DNA of 64,000 nt from Candidatus Zixiibacteriota bacterium (GCA_024276275.1 JAJRXM010000015.1:18868-82867), one strand, 5' to 3'; positions 48,131 through 58,052 are shown, counted from the stretch's first letter. Numbers and translations are program-made. Notes: generated by a model not told the origin, from the letters alone.

Positions 48131-50446
48131 ATGATTCCAGCTTTGGGATGGAATATGTGCAAGGTACAAAAAAGTAGCATTACTTTGTTATTATTAACAA
48201 TGACGCTTTTCTTATTTCTTTTTACACACACTAGTATTGCTCAAGAAAAACTATCAAAAGATTTTAATTTTGATTCTTTTTCTCTAGGAGAAGAAGCTAC
48301 ACAAGATATAATAGGTTGTTCAAAAGAGTTTAATTACAAAAACATCTCTTATTATTTTACTCTCCCGTCTACTAATCATACTTTTACAACTTATGCTCAA
48401 GGCTTTTCGGGACATGGAAGAAAAAAATTATCATCTGTAAATTTACATCTATGGAGCGGTTTTGATAATTTTACAGATACATCAGGACAGGGAATAGAGC
48501 TTATTATTTATGATTATATACCGTCTGTTGGCCCCGGGGCAGAACTTCTTAGGATTCAAGTTCCGGCAATAGACCTCAAGTATGCTCCCGATACAACCTC
48601 AATAGATGTTTCTTCTTATAATTTATATTTTGAAAATACTTTTTATTATATTGGATTTACGGTAGTTAATCAGCTTGTCGATACTATTGCTATTCTGTCC
48701 GATGACGGATCCGGTGTTTTAAGTAGTTCTTACTCTCTTGTATATGGTGACCAAGATGGTGACGGTATCTATACATGGTATTATTTAAATGATATTTATG
48801 GAACTAATTACAAATTCTTAATTGATGCTATCTATTGTTATGAACCTACTACTGTTCGTGTTCCGGAAGATTATAGCACAATACAGGAAGCTGTTGACTC
48901 TGCTTTTAGCTATGATACAATTTTAGTCAATGATGGTATATATTCCGGTCCCGGAAACGGCAATATAGAGATTATCAATAAAAGTTTAGTTTTCAAATCA
49001 GTTAACGGTCCCGAATTTACTTTATTAGATGGAAGTGATTATCCCGCTTCGGGATTTATTTTTAAAAAAGCATTTGGTCATAGCTTACTTCTCCCCGGAG
49101 AAGTCGACGGCTTTTCTTTCAAACATATGTCAGGTGCTATAGTCGGAGAGTATACTCATTCTCTCACTATTAAGAATAGTGTCTTTTATCTCAACCATTC
49201 ATATACCAATAATCCTGCATCATATAAACGTGGAGTTATTGCTTGTGGAGGAATCGATTTACTAATTGAAAACTGCACTATTTCTTCCAGTATTATAAAC
49301 GCTGATGAAGGTATGATTGCAATTACCGGAGGCAATCCGACTATACGGAATACAATCATATCTAATTATTCGCAGGGAACAACGGTTCTCTCATTTCCCG
49401 GGGCTTCTGTTTATCCTGATTTTACGATCGAAAACTCAAATTTCTATTCTTCTTTGAGTAGTACTGAATGGAATAACGATATAATTCATTTGGCAAATGT
49501 AAATGGAAATATATCTGAAGACCCATTGTTTTGTGGAGATACTACCTGGGATTTTCATATCAATGAAATGTCATTTTGTAATGCAACACATCCACTAAAC
49601 AGTACCGGGATTCGAATCGGATATTATGGTGTTGGTTGTTCAGGTTGCGATGATACCGACTCTGACGGAATATGCGATGTCAACGATAACTGTCTGTCAA
49701 CTTACAACCCGTTGCAAACTGATGGCGACTTAGACGGTGAAGGTGATGCATGTGATACATGTCCGAATGACCCTGACAATGATGCTGACGGTGACGGGGT
49801 ATGTGCTGATGTCGATAACTGCCCGACTATATACAACCCATTACAGACAGACAATGATAATGATACTATCGGAGATGATTGTGATAATTGTATGACAGCA
49901 TATAATCCTGACCAATCCGACATTGACCTAGACGGTATTGGTGACAGTTGTGACGTATGTACCGATTCAGACAACGACGGTTTTGGTGACCCCGGATTTC
50001 CAAACAACACTTGTCCCGAAGATAACTGTACTTCAATCTATAACCCTGATCAGTTAGATTCGGACAGTGACGGTATCGGCGATGTTTGTGACGGTTGTTA
50101 TGATACCGACGGAGACGGATTCGGCAACCCCGGGTATACGAATCCATTGTGTGATGATGACAACTGCCCGGACACATACAACCCCGAACAAGCAGATTCT
50201 AACTTAGACGGTATCGGCGATGCATGCTGTTGTATAGGAATTCGAGGTAACATAGATGGAGTTACCGGAGAACTAATAGATATATCAGACCTTATTGCAA
50301 TGGTTGACTATATGTTTATTAATGATATTACATTTTGCCCAAATGAAATAGATGTAAACAGTGACGGAGCTATTGATATTTCCGACTTAGTCTATTTGGT
50401 TGCATATATGTTTCAGGGAGGTCCTGCCCCCGTCAATTGTCCGTAA
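48131..50446 (+). CDS. Large secreted protein: beta-helix-like region, thrombospondin type-3 (Ca-binding) repeats and a C-terminal dockerin-like module
   Basis: 771 aa with a signal peptide. Its middle has parallel beta-helix-like repeats (..IKNSVFY.., ..IENCTISS.., ..IRNTIISN..). At aa ~505-695 there are TSP3-type repeats (DNCxxxYNPxQxDxDxDGxGDxCD, 5-6 copies). The last 73 aa are CCCIGIRGNIDG...IDISDLIAMVDYMF...IDISDLVYLVAYMFQGGPAPVNCP. Confidence 0.7.
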   Translation: MIPALGWNMCKVQKSSITLLLLTMTLFLFLFTHTSIAQEKLSKDFNFDSFSLGEEATQDIIGCSKEFNYKNISYYFTLPSTNHTFTTYAQGFSGHGRKKLSSVNLHLWSGFDNFTDTSGQGIELIIYDYIPSVGPGAELLRIQVPAIDLKYAPDTTSIDVSSYNLYFENTFYYIGFTVVNQLVDTIAILSDDGSGVLSSSYSLVYGDQDGDGIYTWYYLNDIYGTNYKFLIDAIYCYEPTTVRVPEDYSTIQEAVDSAFSYDTILVNDGIYSGPGNGNIEIINKSLVFKSVNGPEFTLLDGSDYPASGFIFKKAFGHSLLLPGEVDGFSFKHMSGAIVGEYTHSLTIKNSVFYLNHSYTNNPASYKRGVIACGGIDLLIENCTISSSIINADEGMIAITGGNPTIRNTIISNYSQGTTVLSFPGASVYPDFTIENSNFYSSLSSTEWNNDIIHLANVNGNISEDPLFCGDTTWDFHINEMSFCNATHPLNSTGIRIGYYGVGCSGCDDTDSDGICDVNDNCLSTYNPLQTDGDLDGEGDACDTCPNDPDNDADGDGVCADVDNCPTIYNPLQTDNDNDTIGDDCDNCMTAYNPDQSDIDLDGIGDSCDVCTDSDNDGFGDPGFPNNTCPEDNCTSIYNPDQLDSDSDGIGDVCDGCYDTDGDGFGNPGYTNPLCDDDNCPDTYNPEQADSNLDGIGDACCCIGIRGNIDGVTGELIDISDLIAMVDYMFINDITFCPNEIDVNSDGAIDISDLVYLVAYMFQGGPAPVNCP

Positions 50447-50552
50447 GACAATCGCTACGTGCTTAAGCCTTGACAGAGCTTTATGCATATTATATATAAT
50501 TATACTGCGTGAATAATTCGGTTTTATTAATACGAATAACATGGGAGAACTT

Positions 50553-50858
50553 ATGACAAAACTAAATAGATATTGTATATTATTTATTATAACTATTACT
50601 GTTTAATTTTCATATACTACATTATTTGCCGTAATTGATACCACCGATTGTTGTCAGAACTTTAGGGGAAATGTTGACAATGATTTAAATGACATAATAG
50701 ATATTTCTGATTTGACTGTTTTTATCGAATACACGATGAATAATTCAGGTACTCCTCGTTTATGTTTATGCTTATGCCTTATGCTTCAGATAGTTGAGGT
50801 CAACTTGCCAATACAACCTACTCTCTTACTATTAATAATGGTATACCGTCTGCTTTAG
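50553..50858 (+). pseudogene. Remnant of a small signal-peptide + dockerin-like-module gene (in-frame TAA, degenerate 3' end)
   Basis: The frame reads ATG MTKLNRYCILFIITITV, then the TAA at 50604-50606, then FSYTTLFAVIDTTDCCQNFRGNVDNDLNDIIDISDLTVFIEYTMNNSGTP. After that it loses the second EF-hand-like half and runs into a TTATG-type microsatellite. Confidence 0.4.
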
Positions 50859-51314
50859 AACTTAGAGTTACTAACGAATACTATGAAATTATAGGTTTCG
50901 ATGAACGTCAGTTTATAATAGATACTCCGATTTTATACAAAGCACCTTAGTTCTACATTCTTAGCTCATCAAGGTTCTTTACGAACTACAGATTACTTCT
51001 GCATTAAGAGAATATCAGTTGACTTAATAAGGATATTTTCATATATTTTAATGTATTAAAAGTTGGAATATAATATTATTATACATATAATATTTAAACA
51101 GGGCATAATACTACATAATATTTTTTCAATTTTGATAGGGTGAATTGGAGGTTACATAAAATACACTTGGTAATACTTTGGACGGTATTAAGAGGACATC
51201 AAGAAAGCTAATTTCGCTTTAGCATATAAAATCTTCTTAAATAATTTATAAAAAATCTAATCTCGAAGTTACAACGATTAATTTCGAGGATATAAACTCT
51301 AAGGGGAGTTTTAA

Positions 51315-53930
51315 ATGAAGTCAAAGAGACACTCAATTATTACTTTACTAATAATTCTTCTTTTGACAAGTGGAATTTCAGCAAAAAGTTTACCTGCTAA
51401 CTACTTAGATACAAACGTAGATGATCTGAAAAATTTAATCCCTATAATCTCAGAAAAAACAGATAATCTTAAAGAATCAAGTACAATAAAAAAAACACCA
51501 ATTATCATAAATTCTTCATCTGCATTTTTCTGGGATAGTAATATTCAACATTATTACGCCCCAAAAGCTGATAAACCAACAATAAATACTTTGAAACGAA
51601 GTTTTGCTGTTGATTACGATGCTGCTCAAATCGCAAGTGCTGATTATTTACGAAGAATGCAGGCTGATATTACTGAAGATAATGCCGGCAACGGCAATGC
51701 ATCAATTCCTGATGATGACCCGGATGATGCCGGTTGGGATTGGACTACTACTATTTTTACTCATTCACCAAATGCTAGTCCTACAAATCTTTATGGTGTC
51801 GCTGCTTTAGGTGCATACTATACATATCTTGAAACAGGTGATGCAGCTTTGTTTACCGTCATGCAGGATGTTGCCGACCATGCTGTTTCAACAGGTCCGT
51901 CTGTCATTAGGTCCGCTGCTGACATGAAGTTTTTAATGCTTTTCAACGACCTCTACTCTACCGAAGTGACAGCAACAACTGTTTATTCTGATGCTGCCAA
52001 AGCAAAATACGACGAACGTATTGTTAGTAACGGTGGAACAGCAACTTCATTAGCTGAATATATCAGAGATTTAAGAGGTGTGACACAAGGTTACCAAAAC
52101 GGTATTATTGCCTGGGATATTGGTATCTACTCTGTTGTAGCTCAAATGTTATTTGATCGATATGGAGCCACTTACAACATTGATGCTGATGATATAGCTG
52201 AAGTTCTTTGGCAGGATTCATATAATAGTAACCCAGGATACTTCGATATTATTGCTGATGCCGGCTATGACCCTACATATACCGATAATAATTTCTGGTG
52301 GTACACACTTGGAATTACCGGTCTTATAAATGCTTTTAATGCTTCAGGTACTCATACCACTGAAATTCCAGACTTAGTTGCCAGAATTCAGGCAAGTCAA
52401 TATCCTAACGGTGCTATTAGTTCCGGTTATGGAGCCAACTCCGGCGATGATAGTTATCAGACTACTGCCTATGCAATGATGGCACTGGGTAGTTTAGACC
52501 AAACTACCTACCAAACCGACATAAACAGCATGGGAGAATGGTTAGGAAACACTCAAGATACTTCCGGTGGCTGGCTGTTTACATCGGGTGAGCATATCCC
52601 GGTAATTGGCGGTGAATGTACCTCAGGGTTATATTATACATTATCTTCACCTGGTGATTTAGTTGATTTCGATGCTGTTCAAGTTGCAGGTGCTAATTAT
52701 GTACGTAAAATGCAGGCTGATATTTCCGAAGATAATGCCGGCAACGGCACTATGGATGATCCCGATGATCCTGATGATGGTGGTTGGGACTGGGTAACTT
52801 CAACTTTTTCTCATGGAACTAGTAACAGTCCTACTAACATATATGGTGCTACAGTTTTAGGAGTCTACTATACATATCTTGAAACAGGTGATGCCGCCTT
52901 GTTTACTGTCATGCAAGATGCCGCCGACCATATTGTTTCAACAGGTCCGTCGATAAACAGATCTGCTACTGATATGCTCTTTTTGATGCACTTCAATAAT
53001 CTATACTCTACTGAAGTGTCATCAACAACAGTTTATTCTGATGCTGCTAAATCAAAATATGACCAACGACTCGCTGATAACGGTGGAACAGCAACATCTT
53101 TTGTTGAATATATCAGAGATGTAAGAGGTGTCACACAAAATTACAAAAATGGTATCATCGCATGGGATATCGGTTTTTACTCTGTTGTTGCTCAAATGCT
53201 TTTTGATGTTTACGGCGGTACTTATGATGTCGATGCTGATGATATTGCTGAAGTTCTTTGGCAAGATTCATATAACAACAACCCGGGATATTTTGATGTT
53301 GTAGCTGATGCAGGATGGGACCCTACCTATACCGATAATAATTTCTGGTGGTACACACTTGGAATTACCGGATTGATAGATGCATTTAATGCTTCCGGAA
53401 ATCATGCCGATGAAATCCCGGGATTAGTCGCAAGGCTTCAAGCAAGTCAATACCCGAGCGGTGCGATAAGTTATTGTTATGGAGCTAATCTTGACGATGA
53501 AGACTGGCAGTCGACCGCATATTCAATGATGTCACTCGGTGTCTTAGATCAAGCAACTCACCAAGCTGAAATCAATAGCATGGGTGACTGGGTTGTTGGA
53601 ACTCAGGATGTTTCCGGTGGATGGGTTTACACATCAGGTGATCATTATCCGCAAACAGGTGGACAATTAACCGCCGGACTCTACTACACGTTAAATAGTT
53701 GCTGCATAAATTTCCGCGGTAATGTTGACAATGACCCTCTTGATGAAATTGACATAAGCGATTTAGTAGTACTTGTAGCTTATGCGTTCGGAAGTGGTTC
53801 CGCCCCGACATGTATGGAAGAAGCTGACATAGACGGTTCAGGAGGTTCAGCACCTGTTGATATTTCTGATATAGTATTGTTAGTTGCCTACATGTTCCAA
53901 AACGGAGCTGCTCCGGCAAACTGTCCATAA
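51315..53930 (+). CDS. Large secreted protein with two tandem ~350-aa alpha/alpha-toroid-like (prenyltransferase/terpene-cyclase-repeat-like) units and a C-terminal dockerin-like module
   Basis: 871 aa with a signal peptide. There are two highly similar units, each with QW-like motifs (ASQYPNGAIS, TQDTSGGWLF / ASQYPSGAIS, TQDVSGGWVY). The last 76 aa are CCINFRGNVDND..IDISDLVVLVAYAF..VDISDIVLLVAYMFQNGAAPANCP. Confidence 0.65.
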   Translation: MKSKRHSIITLLIILLLTSGISAKSLPANYLDTNVDDLKNLIPIISEKTDNLKESSTIKKTPIIINSSSAFFWDSNIQHYYAPKADKPTINTLKRSFAVDYDAAQIASADYLRRMQADITEDNAGNGNASIPDDDPDDAGWDWTTTIFTHSPNASPTNLYGVAALGAYYTYLETGDAALFTVMQDVADHAVSTGPSVIRSAADMKFLMLFNDLYSTEVTATTVYSDAAKAKYDERIVSNGGTATSLAEYIRDLRGVTQGYQNGIIAWDIGIYSVVAQMLFDRYGATYNIDADDIAEVLWQDSYNSNPGYFDIIADAGYDPTYTDNNFWWYTLGITGLINAFNASGTHTTEIPDLVARIQASQYPNGAISSGYGANSGDDSYQTTAYAMMALGSLDQTTYQTDINSMGEWLGNTQDTSGGWLFTSGEHIPVIGGECTSGLYYTLSSPGDLVDFDAVQVAGANYVRKMQADISEDNAGNGTMDDPDDPDDGGWDWVTSTFSHGTSNSPTNIYGATVLGVYYTYLETGDAALFTVMQDAADHIVSTGPSINRSATDMLFLMHFNNLYSTEVSSTTVYSDAAKSKYDQRLADNGGTATSFVEYIRDVRGVTQNYKNGIIAWDIGFYSVVAQMLFDVYGGTYDVDADDIAEVLWQDSYNNNPGYFDVVADAGWDPTYTDNNFWWYTLGITGLIDAFNASGNHADEIPGLVARLQASQYPSGAISYCYGANLDDEDWQSTAYSMMSLGVLDQATHQAEINSMGDWVVGTQDVSGGWVYTSGDHYPQTGGQLTAGLYYTLNSCCINFRGNVDNDPLDEIDISDLVVLVAYAFGSGSAPTCMEEADIDGSGGSAPVDISDIVLLVAYMFQNGAAPANCP
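51609..53699 (+). repeat. Intragenic tandem duplication, period 1053 nt
   Basis: Unit 1 starts at gttgattacgat (51609) and unit 2 at gttgatttcgat (52662). Long near-identical stretches include ctatacatatcttgaaacaggtgatgc and accgataataatttctggtggtacacacttggaattaccgg in both. Confidence 0.85.
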
Positions 53931-53956
53931 GAAACTAGAATACATCACAATATAAC

Positions 53957-53985
53957 AAAAGCCGCCTCACAACGAGTCGGCTTTT
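53957..53985. terminator. Bidirectional terminator between convergent genes
   Basis: The stem aaaagccg/cggctttt (53957-53964 / 53978-53985) has A/T runs on both sides. It lies between the stop of 51315..53930 (+) and the stop of comM (-, 53990). Confidence 0.55.
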
Positions 53986-53989
53986 GTTC

Positions 53990-55528
53990 TTACAACCACA
54001 GCTTTCTATCAAGAGTGCGGTAATGTATAGCCTCGGCAATATGACCCATCTCGATTCTCTCACACCCCGCCAAATCTGCTATAGTACGGGAGACTTTTAT
54101 AATCCTGTCATAAGCCCGTGCCGAAAGTCCTTGTTTAGAAATTGCCATAGATAATAACGACTGCGACTTTTCATCTATAGGACAGAATTTCCGAATATCC
54201 TGCGATTCCATGTGTGCATTACAAAATATATTTTTTTCGTTTGTAAACCGCTCCCGCTGCATCTCTCGTGAACTATCTACCTGTACAACAATTTTTTCTG
54301 ATTTCTCTCCCTGAGTTTCAGATGACAAATCTTTAAACTTCACCGCAGGAACAGTTATATGAATATCTATTCGGTCCATAAGCGGACCGGAAATTTTTGA
54401 CATATACCGTTGAATGTCTCCGGTTGAACAATTACAGTCATGGTTTGGGTCGCCGTAATATCCGCACGGACATGGATTCATCGCAGATATTAACATAAAC
54501 CCTGCAGGATAGGTAAGTGTCATTAATGCTCTTGAAATAGTTACTTGGTTATCTTCCATCGGTTGACGAAGCATTTCCAGAATATCTTTTTTAAACTCGG
54601 GCAGTTCATCTAAAAACAGAACTCCATGATGTGCCAATGACACCTCTCCCGGTTTTGGAATAGTTCCACCCCCTATAAGTCCGGCATACGAAATTGAATG
54701 ATGCGGTGTTCGAAAGGGACGGGTCGCTATAAATGCTGAATCACTCGGCAGCCTCCCCGCCACCGAATGTATTTTAGTAGTTTCAAGTGCTTCTTCTATT
54801 GTCATCTTTGGTAAAATTGTCGGCATGCGACGGGCAAGCATTGTTTTCCCCGACCCGGGTGGTCCGACCATAATAATATTATGCCCTCCCGCTGCAGCAA
54901 CCTCTAAAGCTCGTTTTGCCGATTCCTGTACTTTAACATCTGAAAAATTAAGATGATACCGATGAGCATGCTGAAAAACCGATGCAATATCAACATGAAA
55001 TTTTTTAATAGTAGTTTCATCTTCTAAAAAATGAACTGTTTCCCTTAATGACTTGACCGGATAAACCGGAATAGTATTTGCCATCGCCGCCTCTTTGGCG
55101 TTTTCATGCGGAACTAGAATTCCTTTAATGCCGTTGTTCGGCTGAAAACTCATCACCATCGGAAGAATTCCCGGTACAGGTCGAACACTACCGTCTAGCG
55201 ATAGCTCCCCGAGCATAACAAATTCATCACAACGGTCACGTAAAATTTGTCCGGTAGCAGATAAAATTCCGATTGCAATCGGCAGGTCAAATGCGGAACC
55301 TTCTTTACGAATATCAGCCGGAGCCAAGTTTATCGTTACTCGTTTGGCGGGAAATAAAAAGTCTGAGTTTTTTATAGCAGCAGTTACCCGTTCTTTAGAT
55401 TCACGCACAGCACCGTCAGGCAGACCTACTGTCACAAAAGCCGGAAGTTGTTGTTGTATATCTGACTCAACTTCAACTGTGTATGCTTCAACTCCGAGAG
55501 TTGATGATGAGATAACTTTTGAGAGCAT
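53990..55528 (-). CDS. comM: YifB/ComM family Mg-chelatase-like AAA+ ATPase
   Basis: 512 aa with an N-terminal Lon-protease-like domain (AYTVEVESD..GLPD.AV.ES.ERV), Walker A GPPGSGKT, Walker B VLFLDELPEF and a C-terminal ChlI-like region. Confidence 0.9.
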   Translation of the reverse strand: MLSKVISSSTLGVEAYTVEVESDIQQQLPAFVTVGLPDGAVRESKERVTAAIKNSDFLFPAKRVTINLAPADIRKEGSAFDLPIAIGILSATGQILRDRCDEFVMLGELSLDGSVRPVPGILPMVMSFQPNNGIKGILVPHENAKEAAMANTIPVYPVKSLRETVHFLEDETTIKKFHVDIASVFQHAHRYHLNFSDVKVQESAKRALEVAAAGGHNIIMVGPPGSGKTMLARRMPTILPKMTIEEALETTKIHSVAGRLPSDSAFIATRPFRTPHHSISYAGLIGGGTIPKPGEVSLAHHGVLFLDELPEFKKDILEMLRQPMEDNQVTISRALMTLTYPAGFMLISAMNPCPCGYYGDPNHDCNCSTGDIQRYMSKISGPLMDRIDIHITVPAVKFKDLSSETQGEKSEKIVVQVDSSREMQRERFTNEKNIFCNAHMESQDIRKFCPIDEKSQSLLSMAISKQGLSARAYDRIIKVSRTIADLAGCERIEMGHIAEAIHYRTLDRKLWL

Positions 55529-55562
55529 TTTGTGCCTTTCGGTTCAGCATTTTCGTTTTCAG

Positions 55563-55596
55563 AAGACCGCAAATTTCTGCGGTCTTCCTTTTTCTG
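55563..55596 (+). terminator. Orphan terminator-like hairpin (plus-strand orientation) in the comM 5' leader region
   Basis: Perfect 10-bp stem gaagaccgca-aatttc-tgcggtcttc (55563-55588) followed by ctttttc. There is no plus-strand gene upstream of it. Confidence 0.4.
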
Positions 55597-55683
55597 TTGT
55601 CCCTTTGTAGCAAATCAAAATCTGACTTACCACTGCCCGTGCTTATGATATGTCAGCCCACTGACAACGTCTGTCAGTTTTAA

Positions 55684-55712
55684 TTGAGTTATTTAATATT
55701 TATACATATATT
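55684..55712 (+). promoter_or_regulatory. Sigma70-type promoter candidate for phzF-family gene (TTGAGT-17-TATATT)
   Basis: TTGAGT at 55684-55689, a 17-nt spacer, and TATATT at 55707-55712, 31 nt upstream of the ATG at 55743. It is immediately preceded by the CTGACA-N5-TGTCAG hairpin. Confidence 0.4.
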
Positions 55713-55742
55713 CTTATTGAATCATTAAAAAGAGACAAATAT

Positions 55743-56531
55743 ATGCCCCAAACACTCTACCAAGTTGATGCTTTCACCGATAAACCGTTTTCCGGCAACC
55801 CTGCCGCAGTATGTATATTAGATATTCCTGCCGATGAAGTTTGGATGCAGCAAGTCGCACTTGAAATGAATCTCTCTGAAACAGCCTTTTTATACCCTGA
55901 AAAAGACGGTTATAATCTCAGGTGGTTTACTCCGACAGTCGAGGTTGACTTGTGCGGTCATGCAACTTTGGCAACAGCACATATTTTATTTGAGCAGAAA
56001 ATTTTATTAGAAGAACAAACAGCTGTTTTTTATACAAAATCAGGAAAATTAACAGCTCAAAAACTTCAAAATCAAATCGAACTTGATTTCCCGTCTACAG
56101 CACCTGTTGAACAAACAGCTCCTAAACAATTATTTGAGGCATTAGGTATAAATGCTTTATTTGTCGGTAAAAGCAGGTTTGACTATTTTATAGAAGTAGA
56201 CTCAGCCGAAAAGGTTCGCAAGCTTAAACCAAATTTCTCTCTTTTAAAAGATTTACAAGTACGAGGAGTTATCGTAACCGCACAATCAGATATTGAACAA
56301 TACGATATTATTTCCCGTTTTTTTGCTCCGGGAGCAGGTGTTGATGAAGACCCTGTTACCGGTTCGGCACATTGTACTCTATCTCCATATTGGTCTTCTA
56401 AACTACAAAAAAATGAAATTAAGGCATATCAAGCCTCAAAACGAGGCGGCGAACTAACTATAATTTCTAAAAACAACCGTGTTTTGTTACGTGGTGACGC
56501 TATTACAGTATTGAAAATCGAACTTTTATAA
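55743..56531 (+). CDS. PhzF-family isomerase
   Basis: 262 aa. VDAFTDKPFSGNPAAV...NLSETAF...RWFTP..EVDLCGHATLA...DPVTGSAHC is the canonical PhzF family pattern. Confidence 0.9.
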   Translation: MPQTLYQVDAFTDKPFSGNPAAVCILDIPADEVWMQQVALEMNLSETAFLYPEKDGYNLRWFTPTVEVDLCGHATLATAHILFEQKILLEEQTAVFYTKSGKLTAQKLQNQIELDFPSTAPVEQTAPKQLFEALGINALFVGKSRFDYFIEVDSAEKVRKLKPNFSLLKDLQVRGVIVTAQSDIEQYDIISRFFAPGAGVDEDPVTGSAHCTLSPYWSSKLQKNEIKAYQASKRGGELTIISKNNRVLLRGDAITVLKIELL

Positions 56532-56711
56532 TCTTTTTATTATATCAATAAAATTATTAATTCTTTTTTTGTGTCAGATGAAGCTTGTAAAAGTATACTT
56601 CAATACAAAACGCAATATCAGTTCTTGACAAGAATAGTGGATTATTGTATCGTCAATGTGAAGATAAACCAATACTCATATCATTTTCAAGAATACTTCT
56701 GAGGTTGTGAA

Positions 56712-58052
56712 ATGAAAAAAAAATATTCAATTACCTACCAAACTTTTAAGCATACTAATTTTTAGTTTTTTACTCTTAATCATTGGTTGTGATAACAGCA
56801 CAACAACTATTATTAGTGAAAAGCCGGCTGACACAACAACTGTACCTTTTTTAGCATCAGATTTTTCAGTTGCTGAATCCTGTCAACCATGTCATCCTCA
56901 GCATTATGATGAATGGTCAGGTTCTATGCATGCCTATGCGGTAAAAGACCCCAGCTGGCTCGCTATTCGTGAAGTCGGGCAGAGTCAATATATTAACGCC
57001 TTAGACGGTGCCTGTTCACCTTGTCATTCTCCTATCGGACTGCGAAGCGGTGATATCAAATGGGGACCTTTTGATATTACAGACCTTGACCCTGTTTCTC
57101 AAGAAGGTGTCGGTTGTGATGCATGTCACACAATTACCGGTATAACCCGTTTGTCAAACGGGGGATTTATGTTAGCACCGAGTGATGTAAAACATGGAAC
57201 AATAAAAGACCCGATTCCAAACTCTTTCCACGAATCAAAATACAATGATCTTTACGCTTCATCCGAATACTGTGGCTCATGCCATGACTTTGTAACTAAC
57301 GACGGTTCACCTCTTGAGATTGTTTTTCAAGAATGGCAAGCGGTTTTGCTCTCACCGGAAAAACGTGTAATGACTGCCACATGGAAACCTACACCGGACC
57401 GGCTGCTGTGGGTGGACCGGACAGAACATTGCACCGTCATGATTTTATCGGTGCCGATATTGCTATGATTCCTTTTCCAAACAAGCCCGAACAGTTTGCT
57501 AAGGTAACAGCTATGCTGCAAAACGCTCTCTCTCTTTCTACTACTGCATCACAAACAGCTACAGCCGGACAACAGTATTCATTTGATGTTAATATTATCA
57601 ATGATAAAACCGGTCATAATGTACCGTCCGGTGTTCCCTTTAACCGTCAATTGTGGCTTTCTGTCGTTGTAACCGACAATGCCCAAAATGTTATATTTTC
57701 AAGTGGTCAATTAGATGCCAATGATGATTTGATGGATAGATATTCTGCTTTCCCGGAAAGAGATTCTGCTTTATTTAATGCTCAGGCAACAATGTTAAAA
57801 GCAGACAGCTCTGATGCTTCGGTATGGAATGCTGTCGGTTTAGATAATCCATCAATAAAACCGGGTGAAACAAGAATAATAAATTACAGCTTTGATGTTC
57901 CGAACGGAACTACCGGAGATATAACAATAGATGTTGTTTTAAAGTTTAGATCTTTTGCCCCGCATTTATTTAGAAGTCTTAGTCTGGATAGTTTATTACC
58001 GATTCCAATAATTGATATGAACACAGATAATTTTACAGTAACAATACAATAG
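56712..58052 (+). pseudogene. Pentaheme c-type cytochrome lipoprotein, copy 1 (two frameshifts)
   Basis: The ATG at 56712 is followed by an A9 run (56715-56723). The lipoprotein signal (..LLLIIGC) and ORF 56926..57468 are in the +1 frame. The frame returns to that of the ATG at about 57337-57342 (ORF 57333..58052), where copy 1 lacks 4 nt relative to copy 2 (gaatggcaagc----ggtttt vs gaatggcgagcaggcggtttt). Heme motifs are CQPCH, CSPCH, CDACH, CGSCH and CNDCH. Confidence 0.7.

Noticed and set aside
49702-50177. Minus-strand ORFs 49702..50010 and 49866..50177
   Set aside because: They are antisense to the thrombospondin type-3 repeat region. The repetitive GAY/GGY-rich coding strand keeps other frames open by chance.
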